Assembly (NCBI RefSeq): GCF_035594765.1
Contig: NC_085845.1
Location: forward strand, 22,376,024 to 22,440,023
Direction of reading: 5' to 3'
DNA from: Anolis carolinensis
Taxonomy: Eukaryota
DNA length: 64,000 nucleotides
The translations under genes and the position numbers were made by a program. The notes under the pieces were generated by a model. That model was not told the DNA's origin. It saw only the letters and a program-made list of their open reading frames with translations, and ran no database searches. How positions within the stretch are numbered: position 1 is the stretch's first letter; each line of letters opens with the position of its first letter. Shown here in pieces: positions 1 through 13,242 of this stretch.

Positions 1-241
1 GGTAAGTAATTATATTGGGAGACTGCCTGACACCAAGCGCATTTGGGAGGGCAACATTACTGTCCGAATAGGTGAAAGTTAATCTACTTGAGAAATGTCA
101 TAATAAGTCCTAATCACATCACTCACAATTGTGACCATCAGTGTGTGTATGACAGGCACGTGCCTGCATGTACATATGAGAAAGCAAGAATTTAAGAGAC
201 TCCACTCTGGGAACTTTTGTGGCTGAAGAGTAGGGTGTATA

Positions 242-636
242 CAGTGTTCCCTCACTACTTTGCAGTTCACTTTTCGCTCCCTCGCTGTTTTGTGGGTTTT
301 CAATTAATATTAATGTACACATTTATCACGGTATTTTCACTGTTTCATAGGTTTTTACAGTGTGCAAAGGGTTTTGGAAGGGGGAAAAGGGAGAAATAAA
401 GGGGGGGGGAAGGGAAGGGATGGAAATAAAAAAAGGGTTATTTAGCTTCCATTCTTCTTCTCTGCCAGTGTACTGTATATTGTAACTGCTAAAATAAAGT
501 ACAGACTGCATTGTAGTAAGTGTTCTGTGGTTTGCTCTCCTCCACATAGAATAAATATAGTGTCCCTACTTCGCAGATTTTCACTTATTGTGGGTGGTCC
601 TGGAACATAACCCCCACAATAAGTGAGGGAAGACTG
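242..636. mobile_element. Tc1/mariner-type MITE
   Basis: TIRs cagtgttccctcact / agtgagggaagactg, TA TSD. Confidence 0.85.
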
Positions 637-1022
637 TATATCCTAAAAAAACAAACAATTGCAAGGGCTCTGTCTGCTGTATATTTGACAATCATTTTTA
701 TGGATAACTCAACAGCTTCTTTTTGGATCTTGGGTACATAAATCACAAGGAAAAGTAGCTTCGGAGTTGAAAATTCCTGATTCTGGTGTACTAAAGCTAT
801 AACTGGTTATTATAATCCTTACAACAGGCTGGAAACCCTTAGGGATCTGTCACAGTGTAACACAACTTTTAAAAAATCATTTTAGTCTGAACATAATCTT
901 TCTACTCCCACTAAAAAAGGTGGATTTTTTGGTAAAAAAAATGTCCAGGTCATGTTGTTAGAAAAAGATTTTGAAATAAAGTCATATCAATGCTACTCAT
1001 AGTAGTGGCCTCTAAACCAGTG

Positions 1023-1376
1023 CATACCCTCCAACATTTTATTGATAAAAACCAGTAAGCAACATCAGAGTGTTGTCAAGATGGCAAAAATTATTAACAA
1101 GAAAGACTACACGAGATAAAAGGGGCTATAGAAGTTTGCTTTTGCATGAGCCTATTGGGAATGTCATGAGTCTGCTACTCTTCTTTTCTATACCATACTG
1201 GGCCAATTGAGTAGAAATTATATTATACTTTGAACTCCATTTCCAGCATTGGAGGACCTGAGTGGAATGTGGGAAGAGGAGAGAGGCATGGGGATATTGT
1301 TGAGCCAGCTGAAAAAGTAGGATATCAGAGGATTAGTTAGGACTGTCCCTGCCACATTGGGAGAGTGGAGGGTATG
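1023..1376. mobile_element. Old DNA-transposon MITE
   Basis: Perfect 11-bp TIR cataccctcca / tggagggtatg; TSD unclear. Confidence 0.55.
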
Positions 1377-2561
1377 CCATTGCTGGTCTCTGAGACATTG
1401 GCTATCAGACACTGGCAGGTGTCCAGGGGAAAGAAAGAAGCGACTGCAGTTAGTAGGCTAGTTCCTGGAGCAATGGGGGGGGGGGGGGCTTCCCGACCCC
1501 CAAATCAGTCCTCTACCTCTGTGTGCAAATAGACAGAATTCAAGAAGTCTGCCATCTCTCAAGCAAGGAAAACCTACAGCAACTGAGCAAGAACATAAGC
1601 AAAGCTAAGTAATGTTGCTTCCCCTTTGAATTTAGTCTGACAGACACAATCCAGCCAGCCTGTTGAAGATAAACAAAAGAAGTGGAATCAACAACACAAA
1701 GTGAAATGTCAACATGCTTTGAATAACTTACTAGACTTGAGCCTTAAGATGAAACAAGGATTATATTCACACAAAAGAGAACTAGGGGATGGTATCCCTT
1801 TTGCTTTCGGTGTCTGACCATGGATTGAGTTCAGGGTTAAAAGCATTTTCCCAAATACCTTGGTCTCTGAAGCAAGATATGTGACAACTTTTGAAATGAT
1901 CTTTTTTATCCTTTTCCTTTTTGCTTGTGCCCTTATTTTTTATTTAGGTCTCTTTTTCCAGGACAAAGATACAATAAAACACATTCCAATAAAAACGTGA
2001 TACATTTCACATACACCAAAACAATTATACTGTAGAAAATGCAATTTAAAGACCACACTAATAATAAACAAGTAGTAGAATTATAACTACATCTATTTTA
2101 AAAATCCAGTACATTGATTTTATTGTCTTTAGTTCTTTTCTCACTTTAGTTTTTGCAGCGTCAAAATCCTTTCTTAAAGGAAACCCAGGCCATATATTAT
2201 ATTATATGCTCAATTTTGTGCTCACTGATGATGTTTTGTTATTCTGGCATTTTTATTCACTAATTTTGGTTTTATAACAAAGTGATTATTTAATACATTG
2301 TAAGACACTCTTAGCTTTTGCTTTGGTGTTTACCAATGGGCTTCATAAATCAAACAGTACAGGTATACAAACAAACAATGCACAAAAACACATTTTGAAG
2401 GTCCAAAGTGCTTCACATGAACTCTTATTCTCACCTGGGGAACCAAAAGTCTTTCAGATGTTTTCAATTACAGTTTCTATCATCTCTTATCATTAAACAT
2501 GCTAGCAGGGTCTTTTGTGATCTGGAGTCCAAAATATCTCAGAGGGACTGAAGCACTAGTT

Positions 2562-2697
2562 CAGTGGTGCCCAACCTTTGGTCCTTCTGGAATTTGGGAC
2601 TCCAACTCCCAGAAGACCTGGTCAGCATTTCCAATGTTCAGGAATTCTGGAAACTGAAGTCCAAAACATCTGGAAGACCAAAGATTCGAAACTACTG
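2562..2697. mobile_element. Degenerate palindromic hAT-type MITE
   Basis: cagtggtgcccaacctttggtcc ... gaccaaagattcgaaactactg imperfect inverted repeat. Confidence 0.65.
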
Positions 2698-3689
2698 CCT
2701 GAATATTTCAAGAATTCCATTAAGTATGACAATAGTAGTATTTTCATATTTCAGATCTTAAATTTTCCCACTCAACCTTTTCCAGCTTATTCACTCAGTT
2801 CTATCTGTTCTCCGGCTTCAGTAGAGAGTAGAATTCTATAAAATCTCACAAGCAAGACATGGTTTTCTGTAGTTCTCCTGTGGGAACAGGGCCAGTTTGA
2901 GAGACTTTGTGCTGTCTGCTTGTAACACATCTCCTTCACTAATCCCAGTGCAATACTTAATGCCACTCTTCTCCCCGCTGCCATCTCCCCGGATATCCTT
3001 CCGAAAGATTTGATTACGTGATGTGAAACTTGATGCAGACTTTTGGTGTTGGCAAAAAAATCCTATCATTATCATTTTTTAAGCAGACTGAGATTAGACA
3101 ATGTAAACGTAACAGTATCTTTTTTAACTTTCTGCCTACAGAGAGTATTAAAAAAATCCTAATCTTTTCAATGTTTTGTTCTCCACTTTCTTTAATTCCC
3201 AGTGGTGCAGCTAAAAACAGAGAGATGTCCAAAAGGGAACGATCAAGTTCAATCTACTCTGCACTAATGAAATTTATAGGCTCTATTTTGGTATTTATTG
3301 TATTCCATCTGTCAGTCAGCAGATAGCTCATAGGAAGATGGAAGCAAAATAAGCCAGGAAACTAGTTCATCTTGCTGTCTTCCCTTCCCTCCACCAAACC
3401 AAAAATCTGCAATCATTTTGTGTTTCCAAGTTTTCTACTTTGGCTGGGGATCTGAATACCCTAGTCTTCTCCAGTTCTTACTTTTGCCTGGTTTCCTGAT
3501 TATCCTCTTTTGTCCCATTATCTTCACCCATTTCCCTTATACAGCAATTAGGGTATTTCATTAACGCAAGCAAAGAACAACTCTCTTTGGATGCAGAACT
3601 TCACTTCTTGGTGCACATAGAACTAGACAGAAAGTAAATCTTGGACCAGGAAATTAGTATCCAAGAACATAATATCAAACAGGACTTAC

Positions 3690-3746
3690 AAGAAAATCCA
3701 TATTCATTCTGTGTTCTCTGTTCAGTTGATATAGGGTAAATGAAAC
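3690..3746 (-). CDS. UNC5C: UNC5C 57-nt alternative cassette exon (extracellular juxtamembrane insert)
   Basis: Pyrimidine tract + aaag|GTTTCATTTACCCT...GGATTTTCTT|gtaagt, phase 1-1 and frame-preserving. Gives SFIYPISTEQRTQNEYGFS(S), matching the recalled insert of the long mammalian UNC5C isoform. Not in the ORF track. Confidence 0.92.
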
Positions 3747-6700
3747 CTTTAAAAGAAAAAAAAAGATGGGAACAAAATCAAATTAATGAAGGGAGCTTTA
3801 AAAAAACATACACACATACATGAAGAATGGTTTAATTTAAAAGGAGAAAAAAAGGAAAGCAAAACGAAACCCATGGTACTTAAAAATTCTGATTCAGCAC
3901 AGTATTATAATTTTGCATCTCCTGTCTGCTCAGGAGTCTCACTAAGAATTAATAAGTAGGCAGATTGAATTTCAGAGCCAAAAATCGGTCTCGAGTCACT
4001 AACTTTGGAGTGCTTAAAGTCTTTCTTTTATTGAGCATAAACTCTAATGGATCTAATTTATTTCAGACATCAAGGGTCATTAGCATATGGAAAGTCTTCT
4101 TCCCTCCAATCTTTACCATATGCTTTAATTCCCAGGATGTATTCAGCAAGGCTCTAAACAGGAGGGTTTTTTATTTAATTATAGTAGCTTGCTGTTGGAC
4201 TAATAGAACTGAAAAGGGTTTGGTGTCATTGGTCAGAGGTTAAATGCCCATTTACCGAGAGCTCAACTCATGCAAAAGGCTTATTGCCCCACCTTCCCTT
4301 TCTCCTAGATTTCTGGGGGAATGGTTTTAACCTTCTCTTTAATAGAAATCCAATAGGAATTCTCTAGTGAGCAAGTAATTTGCCAGAGAGTTGGAAATGG
4401 AATGTGTTCTATTTGAGATCATTAGAAAATCAATAGGAGCCTTGAGATCATAGAGTAATTTATTTTAGATTGCGAAGGCTTTGCGCAATATTGACAAAAT
4501 CATAACACAATTCACATTTTTTATCGTAGAGACAGATAGGAATAAAAGAGACTGTGTGCCTGATTTCCAGTGATAATGCAGTGCATTAGCTCATTTTGTA
4601 GCTCCTGTGATGCAGAAAACATGTGTTTCTTTGGTTTATGCCAATAGAGAGACATGCTTGCTTGAAAAAGAGCTCTCACTCAGCACATCTGGACTTACTT
4701 CCAAATAATAATTTATGGGTCCAGGGGAGCAGAAGAAGAGAAGCTGACCCACTGGATCAAGAGCACTGAATGAAATGAATTTTGCCCTCTTACGCTTGAA
4801 TGAATTGCATCTGGGCAAACAACAGTGATGAGTGGTTGTCACTAGAGATCACTGAACATGGACAGGTGAAAAATTGAATATTTCTGTATACAACTCAAAA
4901 ATGAAGAAATGAGAAAGCAATGAAATGATGAAACAATAAATAACCTATGGATGTTTGTGCAACACAAAAATGGCGGAAAACCCCTATCTTATGACTGAAA
5001 GATTTCTACCCCCTCAGCCTTTATACTCTTCTTAATTATTATTTCCATGAGGCTCCTGAAGTTCTGTGGAGTCATATGACCCCATCAGACGGGGCAATTT
5101 GCCTGTTGTACGCCACTTGCTCTCCCCTTTCGCCACAAAGCTCATTACATGCCACACATCCTCTTCCAGCCAGGTTCCATGGCAAAAGGGGAGAGCAAGC
5201 AGCATACGCTGCCACCACTCCAACATGGGAGGCTTCCCATGTTGCCTTTGAAACATAGGGTGGGGGAGTCAGGGGATGGATGCTTCCCCCCATGGAATGA
5301 AGCCAGCTGTAAGTTGGGGTTCTCCACACCCCCTGCTGGAAGCGCACAGATTTGCCATGATGTGTGCTGAATTCATATGCCAATATGATAAGGTCCTTAG
5401 TAGGGGAATGGTGAAAATAGGAGAAAAGTAGAATCTGCTTGGCTCATATGGAAATGCATTTCCTTGTGAGACCTCTCCTTCAGAAAGTTTCTGGTAGAAA
5501 GAGATTGAGAGATCCAGGAAATTCCCCTGGGGCAAGTGATTTGGGAAAACATATGCCTGATGGGCAGAGTGTGGGGTTCGGAAAGATGCCAGAATCCTGT
5601 TGTCATTTATACTGCTGTAACCTTATTTACATGAATAGATGCTGATCAAATTAATATCTAGTATCTCCTAGTATAATACTGTTGATGCAGGTACACAAGG
5701 ACACCATACAGTTCCTATGCAGTTCCATTCCCTGGGAACTGGCTAGTTGGGGGCAGAAGCAGCCAGACACCATCTCTTTGACCTTGTCGAGCTAAGAAAG
5801 AAGGAATAGACTTCACTCTTGTTCATCAAGGACAACATCTGCGCTTCTCCCTTTTCCTATTTCCTCTATCGACAGCAGCAGATAGGCCCTGAACTGGAGG
5901 GCAGAGCAAGCATTCACTTCAGCCCCACCATTTTTCATACACAATATACAAAAATATACACAATAAGATCTGCCGCTCATTTCTTTCTTTGTCCCTTTCC
6001 TTCCAATACATTGACACAAATACAGCCTTCCTACCACTCATACTATACAGTCTTGTTAGCGCCACAGTTTTTTCTCTATTCAGAGATACATAGTTGCATC
6101 TCTATCCCATCATGTCAGATTTCCCAACTGGAAAGAGCAGAGGAACACACTGATTAATAACCTCTTCTCCTTTTCCTGGGGCCAAGTATCTTGGCAGGGG
6201 CAGGAACACAATTCATAGAAAGTTTGGCACTTCTACATCACAAGTTCCTACAGTCTGGAAGGAAGGAACATTATTTTAGCAATGATGGTAGCATATGGTG
6301 GTGGTGGTAAGGGGTTCCCACAGGAGAAGAAGGTAAGAACTGCAGGCAGCCCATGTGTTGCAGACATGTGGACTGCCTTTGTGACGTGGCTGTTTTCAAT
6401 GGTCAGTCTCACATACCTGATTCTGAACCACTCCGAAGTAATTTGCCAGAGTCACAGGATGCAAGTACCTGTCCAATGGGACTGTGAGGTAGGGGCACTA
6501 CAGCACAAACTATTCTCAGTATTTGCAAACTACAGCTTTGTACCATGGAATGATAGTACAAGCACTAACCAAAACATTGATTTATGGGGTTCATGCATAA
6601 CACAGATGTTTTGTGGGAGCGAAAATGTTCATAAATGTGATGCTGCATCTTGTTCATAAACACTTCTGAGGATGGAGGGGGTGCTCACTTTAAATCAAAG

Positions 6701-9700
6701 ACTTTACACCTTTGTGCAATGCCTTTTAATTCTGATTTTTAATAGGATAGGGAGTGGCAAGGAAAATATTTGCGGGACACAGGCAATTAGCAACTGATGT
6801 CTGTTTCTTCACATGATGTAAGCTGGCCATTTCTTTAGAAAGTTGTTCCCCCTGCCATTCTTGTCTATCTGATCTTTCTTATAATAAGAAAGGACATTTT
6901 CTTCAGATAATGAGGCAAATCTGCTGAGATTAGTACCTGTAATAATGAAAAATGACTTTCCTCCCAGCTTCAAAGTGAGAGCAAAGCAAAGCAGGGATTT
7001 GTTCTCCTTCTTCCTTGATCTATTTTGCTCCTAGTATCAGCACTGCTGCATGGTAAGTACCTGAGGGACTTCAACTATCTCTACCACATTTCTTTGCTAG
7101 GGTAAATGTAGAAAAAAGGTGTAGCTGAATTTGACTCCACAATAGTTGCAGGCATGGCTGATGGGTGCCTTGAGCAGCTGGTGTCATAGTCAGTAACTTG
7201 CTTTGAAAGAAAAAAAGTAATTTAAGATGCCTCGAGTGGCTTTTGATGAAACAACTGAAATATTTTCAAAGGTTCTAGTGGTGTTTGTTAACTCCTTGTG
7301 TGTTTACTGAAAAAAGGAGTTACACTGGCAGTAGTTCAACACTTAGGTACGCTCTTGCATTTAAATGAACATTTCACAACATTCAGAGTGATGGGAATTA
7401 ATTATTCCTGTTTTGGGGGATTAAAACTAGGGCACACTTAGATTTTATACTTTGTTGAAACTTCAGCTACCATTTATTCTTCACCCTTCTGATAATGACT
7501 CAAAAAAAAAATCTTTACTCAGTATCAACACTCTCCCTCCCTCCAGTTTCAAACTTTGTAATGCTAGCTACATCTACACCTACTGAAATTATCTGGAGCT
7601 GCCCTGGAAGTAGTACACAAGCACTCTTAGATCTCTTTGGTGTCTAGATGGCCAGCAAGGCTGAGAGTGTTTTGGGGCCCTGCTATTGTTTCACGAGCCA
7701 AAAACAGCTACCTTGCAGATCCTTGCTGGTGACCGTGCAGATTCTTCAACAGGACACATAGTCAGCAAAGCTCTTCTTGGGAGCTGCTTCTAAACGGTGA
7801 CACAAGTGCTAGGTCTGTTTGATGTGTGGACACGGGATGGTCCAGATCCAGAATAAATTATGGTTCTTCTTGCACTGGATTAATAATTGGATACAGTGCT
7901 TCTGCTGCAAAGCTATGTATACTCCTCGCAGCAGTTGCAAGGGGAGCCTGTTTTATTTGACCTGTTGCTCCTGAAAGCTTATAAGGAAATATCACAATGA
8001 ACAAAGACTAGAAGGGAAATAGTTTTGTTGTGTGCATGTCAGTTGCAAAGATACCTCATGAGTAGTTTGGCTCTCGTACATGACCCATAATCTGATGGAG
8101 GGCATTTTTGTCACAAAATGATGGCCTGAACTCCTCCCTGCCGAGACCACATTGGTGCCTTCAAGATGAACAAAAATGGGTCCAAGATACAGCAGTGAAA
8201 TCTGGTTGTGTGTGTGTGTGTGTGTGGGGGGGGGGGGGGAATGGAACATAGTGCCACTATTTGAAAAGCACAGTGAAAAGTAAGGGTATACCACTATCCT
8301 AATAACCACAAGGATTACACATATTCAAGTGAGAAGATTCTTGAAGGAGGGACTCAGCTAGAGTGGGAATCAAGTAACCTCTCTATGTTACTGATTGTAA
8401 CTCCCAGCATTTGTTGCCTAGGTCCCCTTTCAAATAATTATATTCTACTTTAAATGCCATGGCAACATCCTATGTAATACTAGGATCTGCACTTGATTGT
8501 GAGATATTTTGAATGCTCAGCCAGAGAACTCTAGTGCCTCATTAAACTTTTATCATTTCATGGTGGGAAAAAACCCTAGTGCTCTTGGCAGCTGTACTCT
8601 GGTAACATCTGTAGGGTTACACAATTCCCACCTGTGATATAAATGAAGTGGGCTCTCAGTGCAGCGAAACAAAACCCCATTCTGTTGTAAAGAGAAACAG
8701 GCTAGGAAGTATTGTTGCTGGATAGTAAATTTTATGGGCCTATTACAAGGCTGGTGCAAAAGGACAAATATATTTTGGTAACATTTTTAAGCCTATGTTT
8801 TGGGTACTACAATAACATTTGCTCATTTACTGTGTTTTCATCATTCCCATTCATTGAACAGGAGATTCAAGGGCTTTCCTGTTACCAGTAAATCTAGTGT
8901 TTACCATCCAGGGCTTGTTTACACTGTATTTTTCTTGTTCATATTGGCCTTGCAGTGATCCTATTAATACCACACATCATGGTGAGATTACAATTACCAG
9001 CTACATATTTTCCCCTGGTGAACTCATTGTTAGGTGGTGGTCTACATTTCCAATCCTTCACATTATTTTGGCACCAGGGCCATGGACATTCCACATACAC
9101 ACCCCACTGAGTTATGCATGTGAATAAACTTCTGTTATCCAAAGGCGGGCCTTCTTTAAAAATTGAAAAATAACCTGGGAAAGAACCAATTCATGGCAGG
9201 AATGCTCAGTTCCCATCAACCAGTTTTGCCCAACAGTAACTCCTCCGCAAAAAGTTAGAAAAGAGATTGTGAAAGGAAAACAGGAAATGCAATTTATAAT
9301 TTCAATAAACAGCAGCTGGATTAGTAATATTGTAGTAAGCAAAATTTAATTGGATTTTTAGAAATTGATGAATATTTTAATGTAGTTTCCTTTTCACAAA
9401 AACTGAATCCTGGTGAAAATTTTGCCATATCTGAATAAGGTCCATTGATTTCTCAATACCTCCACTGTAAATTAATTTTCTTATGCAGGTTGCTATATAC
9501 ATCACAATACTGCACTGTAGTCTTTGTTTTTTGTTTTGTTTTTTTAAAAAAAACAACCAACCCTGTATTTTTTTTTTTTGTTCTTTCAATGGTATAATCT
9601 TGTACTGGGTTTTCCTGTAGTGCATTACCCAGATAAGTAGGTATAGAAATGAAGTATACAACACACACACACACACTTTTTTGTCTGAGAACTGCAAAAG

Positions 9701-12320
9701 ACGATTGTGCAACTTAAGTATTGATTTACTGTACCATTTAAATATTGAAGAGAGGCATAAGCATGCAGGGTGATATACTAAGGAAAGGAATTTCTGGGGA
9801 GACTTTAGTTATAGGCAGAAAATTTCCCTCTTCTCTGTGGGCTACAGGAAAGCAAAAATATATAATGCTTTCAAAGGAACTCCTGGTGGTTCTTTTATTA
9901 ACATGCTATATTAAGTTTTTCTTAGATTTATGTGCCATGCATAGTAACAACTGCTGTTCATTTTAGAGTTTGTCTAGGGGACCAGAGCCTCAACTAGGTA
10001 ATATTTTATTTAGAGTAGTCAAATTTCAATAAATCAACTTAAAGCATGCTAGATCCGTCTGCTTCCTTTAGCATATTCTGTGCCCCCCCCCATACTTCAT
10101 GCTATTCACAGTAGGGTAGTGATAGTAACATATCCCAAATGTTTTAAAGGCCAGAAAGCAAAACAAAAATGAAACAAAACAAAAACTTTGATTATAATTG
10201 GCCTATTTTAAATATTTCGTTCTTCCATTTAGCCAGTGAGCATTTATATTTATATACTAAGTTCGAATTTAGATGCAGATGTAAATAGATTTTGTCCTCC
10301 CTTGAAAAATAATTTGGCTCTCTCAGCAAGTTTCCATTTCACAGTGGGTACTACATTCACACATTATGCTGACAACCCCCAATGAATGCCAAATGTCCCA
10401 CTGTTTGTGTATATGTGTATCCAATTCAGATAAGACCACTAGGTATTTTAGTTTGGATGGTATACTAAAGAAGAAAAAGTGACCTAATGCAAGTCTCATA
10501 AATTATGTCCATTGAATAGCGTTATTGTTCTTTCCTTCAAGGATCTCTAGTTGCTTTCAGATTCTCTCACCATTCTGACACCATAAACATTCAACAAAAG
10601 GAAATGATATTTAACAACTAGTCAAAATTACATATTTCCCAAATTTTACTCTCTCCTATCTTTATTGTTAAAAGAAACATCGTTAAATTTTGTTTTTAAG
10701 TAAGACTGCTTATGAAACAGATGGGCGCTCAGTCCCATGAAGATGTGCTCCTAATAGTGCCTCACATTGCTTCCTCTACTGATCACAGGACATTTGGTTC
10801 TGCATGAGTTATGCAGAGAATGTGAATGACAGTTCATCTGAAGAATCAGAATAAGGTGGTGGCATAGTTGCATGTGCCTCATGTCTCCCTCTTTTGCCCA
10901 TGAAGCAATCAGCGCTAAAAGGCCATCGTGACGGTCCCAGCTCTATCCTGATGACAAGTAGATAGGACAGTGTGACCTACATTTTTCTCCTGCTCACAAG
11001 TCTTGAGAGTATATCTCTGAGTATCTGGATGCAGATAACATATGATGTTGTCTTCGGCTAAGTCAAGGTTCACCCACACCTACCTGAAAAATCTGATTTA
11101 TAGGGCCCTGGACCTGCTTCAGTGCATTCAGGGAATGTCCTCAGAAACATTTGGCAATCCACATGGCAAGCTAGTTTGAGGGCATTTGTGGACACATGGT
11201 TTGACACCTGTGACGTCACAAAAAATACAATATTTCCAACAAGCCTGTGGGAGACTGCTGCTTGCTCCTGGCAACGTATGGAGAGCAGATTGGGCCAGAT
11301 TGATTCCAATCCAGCTATCCATACTTCTGAACCTGCAGAATTACACTGGATCTTCCAGAAAGCTCTGGAGTAAATCTTGGCATCTGCTATTGAGGATTAA
11401 TTACTAGATGCATGGTTGTACTGCTTAACCTTCTGTGTGTCATAGCAACTGAGCAGTGAGTCAATTTTTTCTTGTCTACATGGCCTCAAAGTATTGGTTT
11501 ATCTAACTAATGTGACAACTTTGCTCTCCTCCTCCTCCCATCTAGATGTCAAAACTCTTTGGCTGTTATTCACAATATATCTGTTAATGCTCTTGAAATG
11601 CATTATTATTTCACAGTAAATGACAAAAAGTATATCTTTACTGCAATGACATAACATGAGAACATCATCTGTCCAAGTATATGCTTCCACTTGGAAATAA
11701 AGAAATAGTCAATTTGTTGTCAGAGTCAAATCAAAACAAGATTTATTTTTAGTGTTTGGCCTGTTTACTTTTATTGCCAGATTATTCTCTGTTGCCAGGA
11801 ACAATGATGTCATGGGGGAGCAGTGACATCAGCTATCCTATAGCTGTATCATAATCATTTATCTAGTTTATGAAGTCCTAATTACTGCCAGTTACTGAAT
11901 GGGCAATCAGAATCGATTCTGAGGTATTGTCATTCATTGATCCAGACTTTTCCTGAGGGAATAGGTTAAGTGGATATTGCATTTCTTTCATGCAAAAGGA
12001 ATATTTATGAGAGTCCGTGTATAAATCAAAATTGCATACAGTTATGCATATAATGTCCCTTCAAAATCAATAAGTGGCACCTTCTGAATCTCTACCCTCA
12101 TTTTCAACTTAGGTAATACTAGGTTTTGCTCAAGGGTCACATCAAAACACGCTTCAATTTGTACTTCAGACAATTGATTTAAAACTTTTAAAAGAATTAC
12201 CTATTGAGCTTTTTGTGATGAAGCAGATGAAAAGTAACAAAAGAGCTAGACTGACCAATCTTTCATGATATAAATGCAAGTCAAATGTTTGTGTGCGAAT
12301 GTAAGAGACTAGCGTGGTAA

Positions 12321-12765
12321 CATCTACACCAGGGGTCCCCAAACTAAGGCTTGGGGGCTGGATGCAGCCCTCCAAGGTCATTTACCTGGCCCCTGCCCTC
12401 AGTTTTATAATATAATATTTTTATATCAGTTTTAATAATATAATATATTGTATATACATATAATATTGATAATAATCTTATGTTATACAATATAATACTA
12501 ATAGTAATACCATATAATAATATTAATTATATGTTATATATATATTACATATTATATAATAGTATAGTGGTATAGTTCAATATAGTAATATATAATGCTA
12601 ATATTGTGTTATGCTCATAATGTAATATATTGTATGTACATACAGCTGCTCTGAGTCCCCTTCGGGTTGAGAAGGGCGGGATATAAATGTAGTAAATAAA
12701 TGCAGTAAATAAATAATTAATTTTAGACTTAGGCTCGGCCAAAGTCTGACATAACTTGAAGGCAC

Positions 12766-12799
<34 letters not shown>

Positions 12800-13242
12800 C
12801 CCTAATTAATCTGACTATCTCATTGGCCAGTAGCAGGCCCACACTTTCCATTGAAATCCTAACAGGTTTATGTTGGTTAAAATAGTTTTCATTTTTCAAT
12901 ATTGTATTGTTCTTTCGTTGTTGTTGTTGTTGTTGCACTACAAATAAAACATGTGCAGTATGCATAGGAATTTGTTTGTATTTTTTTTCAAATGATAATT
13001 CAGCCCCTCAACAGTCTGAAGGATTGTGGACCGGCCCTCTGCTTAAAAAATTTGGGGACCCCTGATCTACGCTGTAGAATTGATGCAGTTCAACACCACT
13101 TTAAGCACCATGCCATGGAATTCTGGCAGTTGCTAGGACTTTTTGGCAGAGAAGACTATCCAAAGCTGCAACTTCTGTGATTCCATAGCATAGCTCTTGC
13201 AGTTAAACTGATGTCAAACTGCATTGATTCTACAGTGTAGAT
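12321..13242. mobile_element. Palindromic MITE hosting the hAT element
   Basis: atctacac|tgtagaattgatgcagtt ... aactgcattgattctacagtgtagat form long TIRs once the hAT insert is removed. Confidence 0.75.
12330..13064. mobile_element. Non-autonomous hAT element (composite, AT-rich)
   Basis: TIRs caggggtccccaaa / tttggggacccctg; 8-bp TSD atctacac / atctacgc. Confidence 0.9.

Noticed and set aside
2787-2984. Minus-strand ORF as a further UNC5C exon
   Set aside because: No similarity to the expected next exon (APDSDDVALYVG..., transmembrane), which was not found and must lie beyond position 1.
10935-10980. CTGATGA motif as a hammerhead or C/D box
   Set aside because: No correctly placed GAAA core or stems.
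12545-12965. Poly-Leu, poly-Val and poly-Gln ORFs
   Set aside because: Translations of (CAA)n and (GTT)n microsatellites inside the hAT element.
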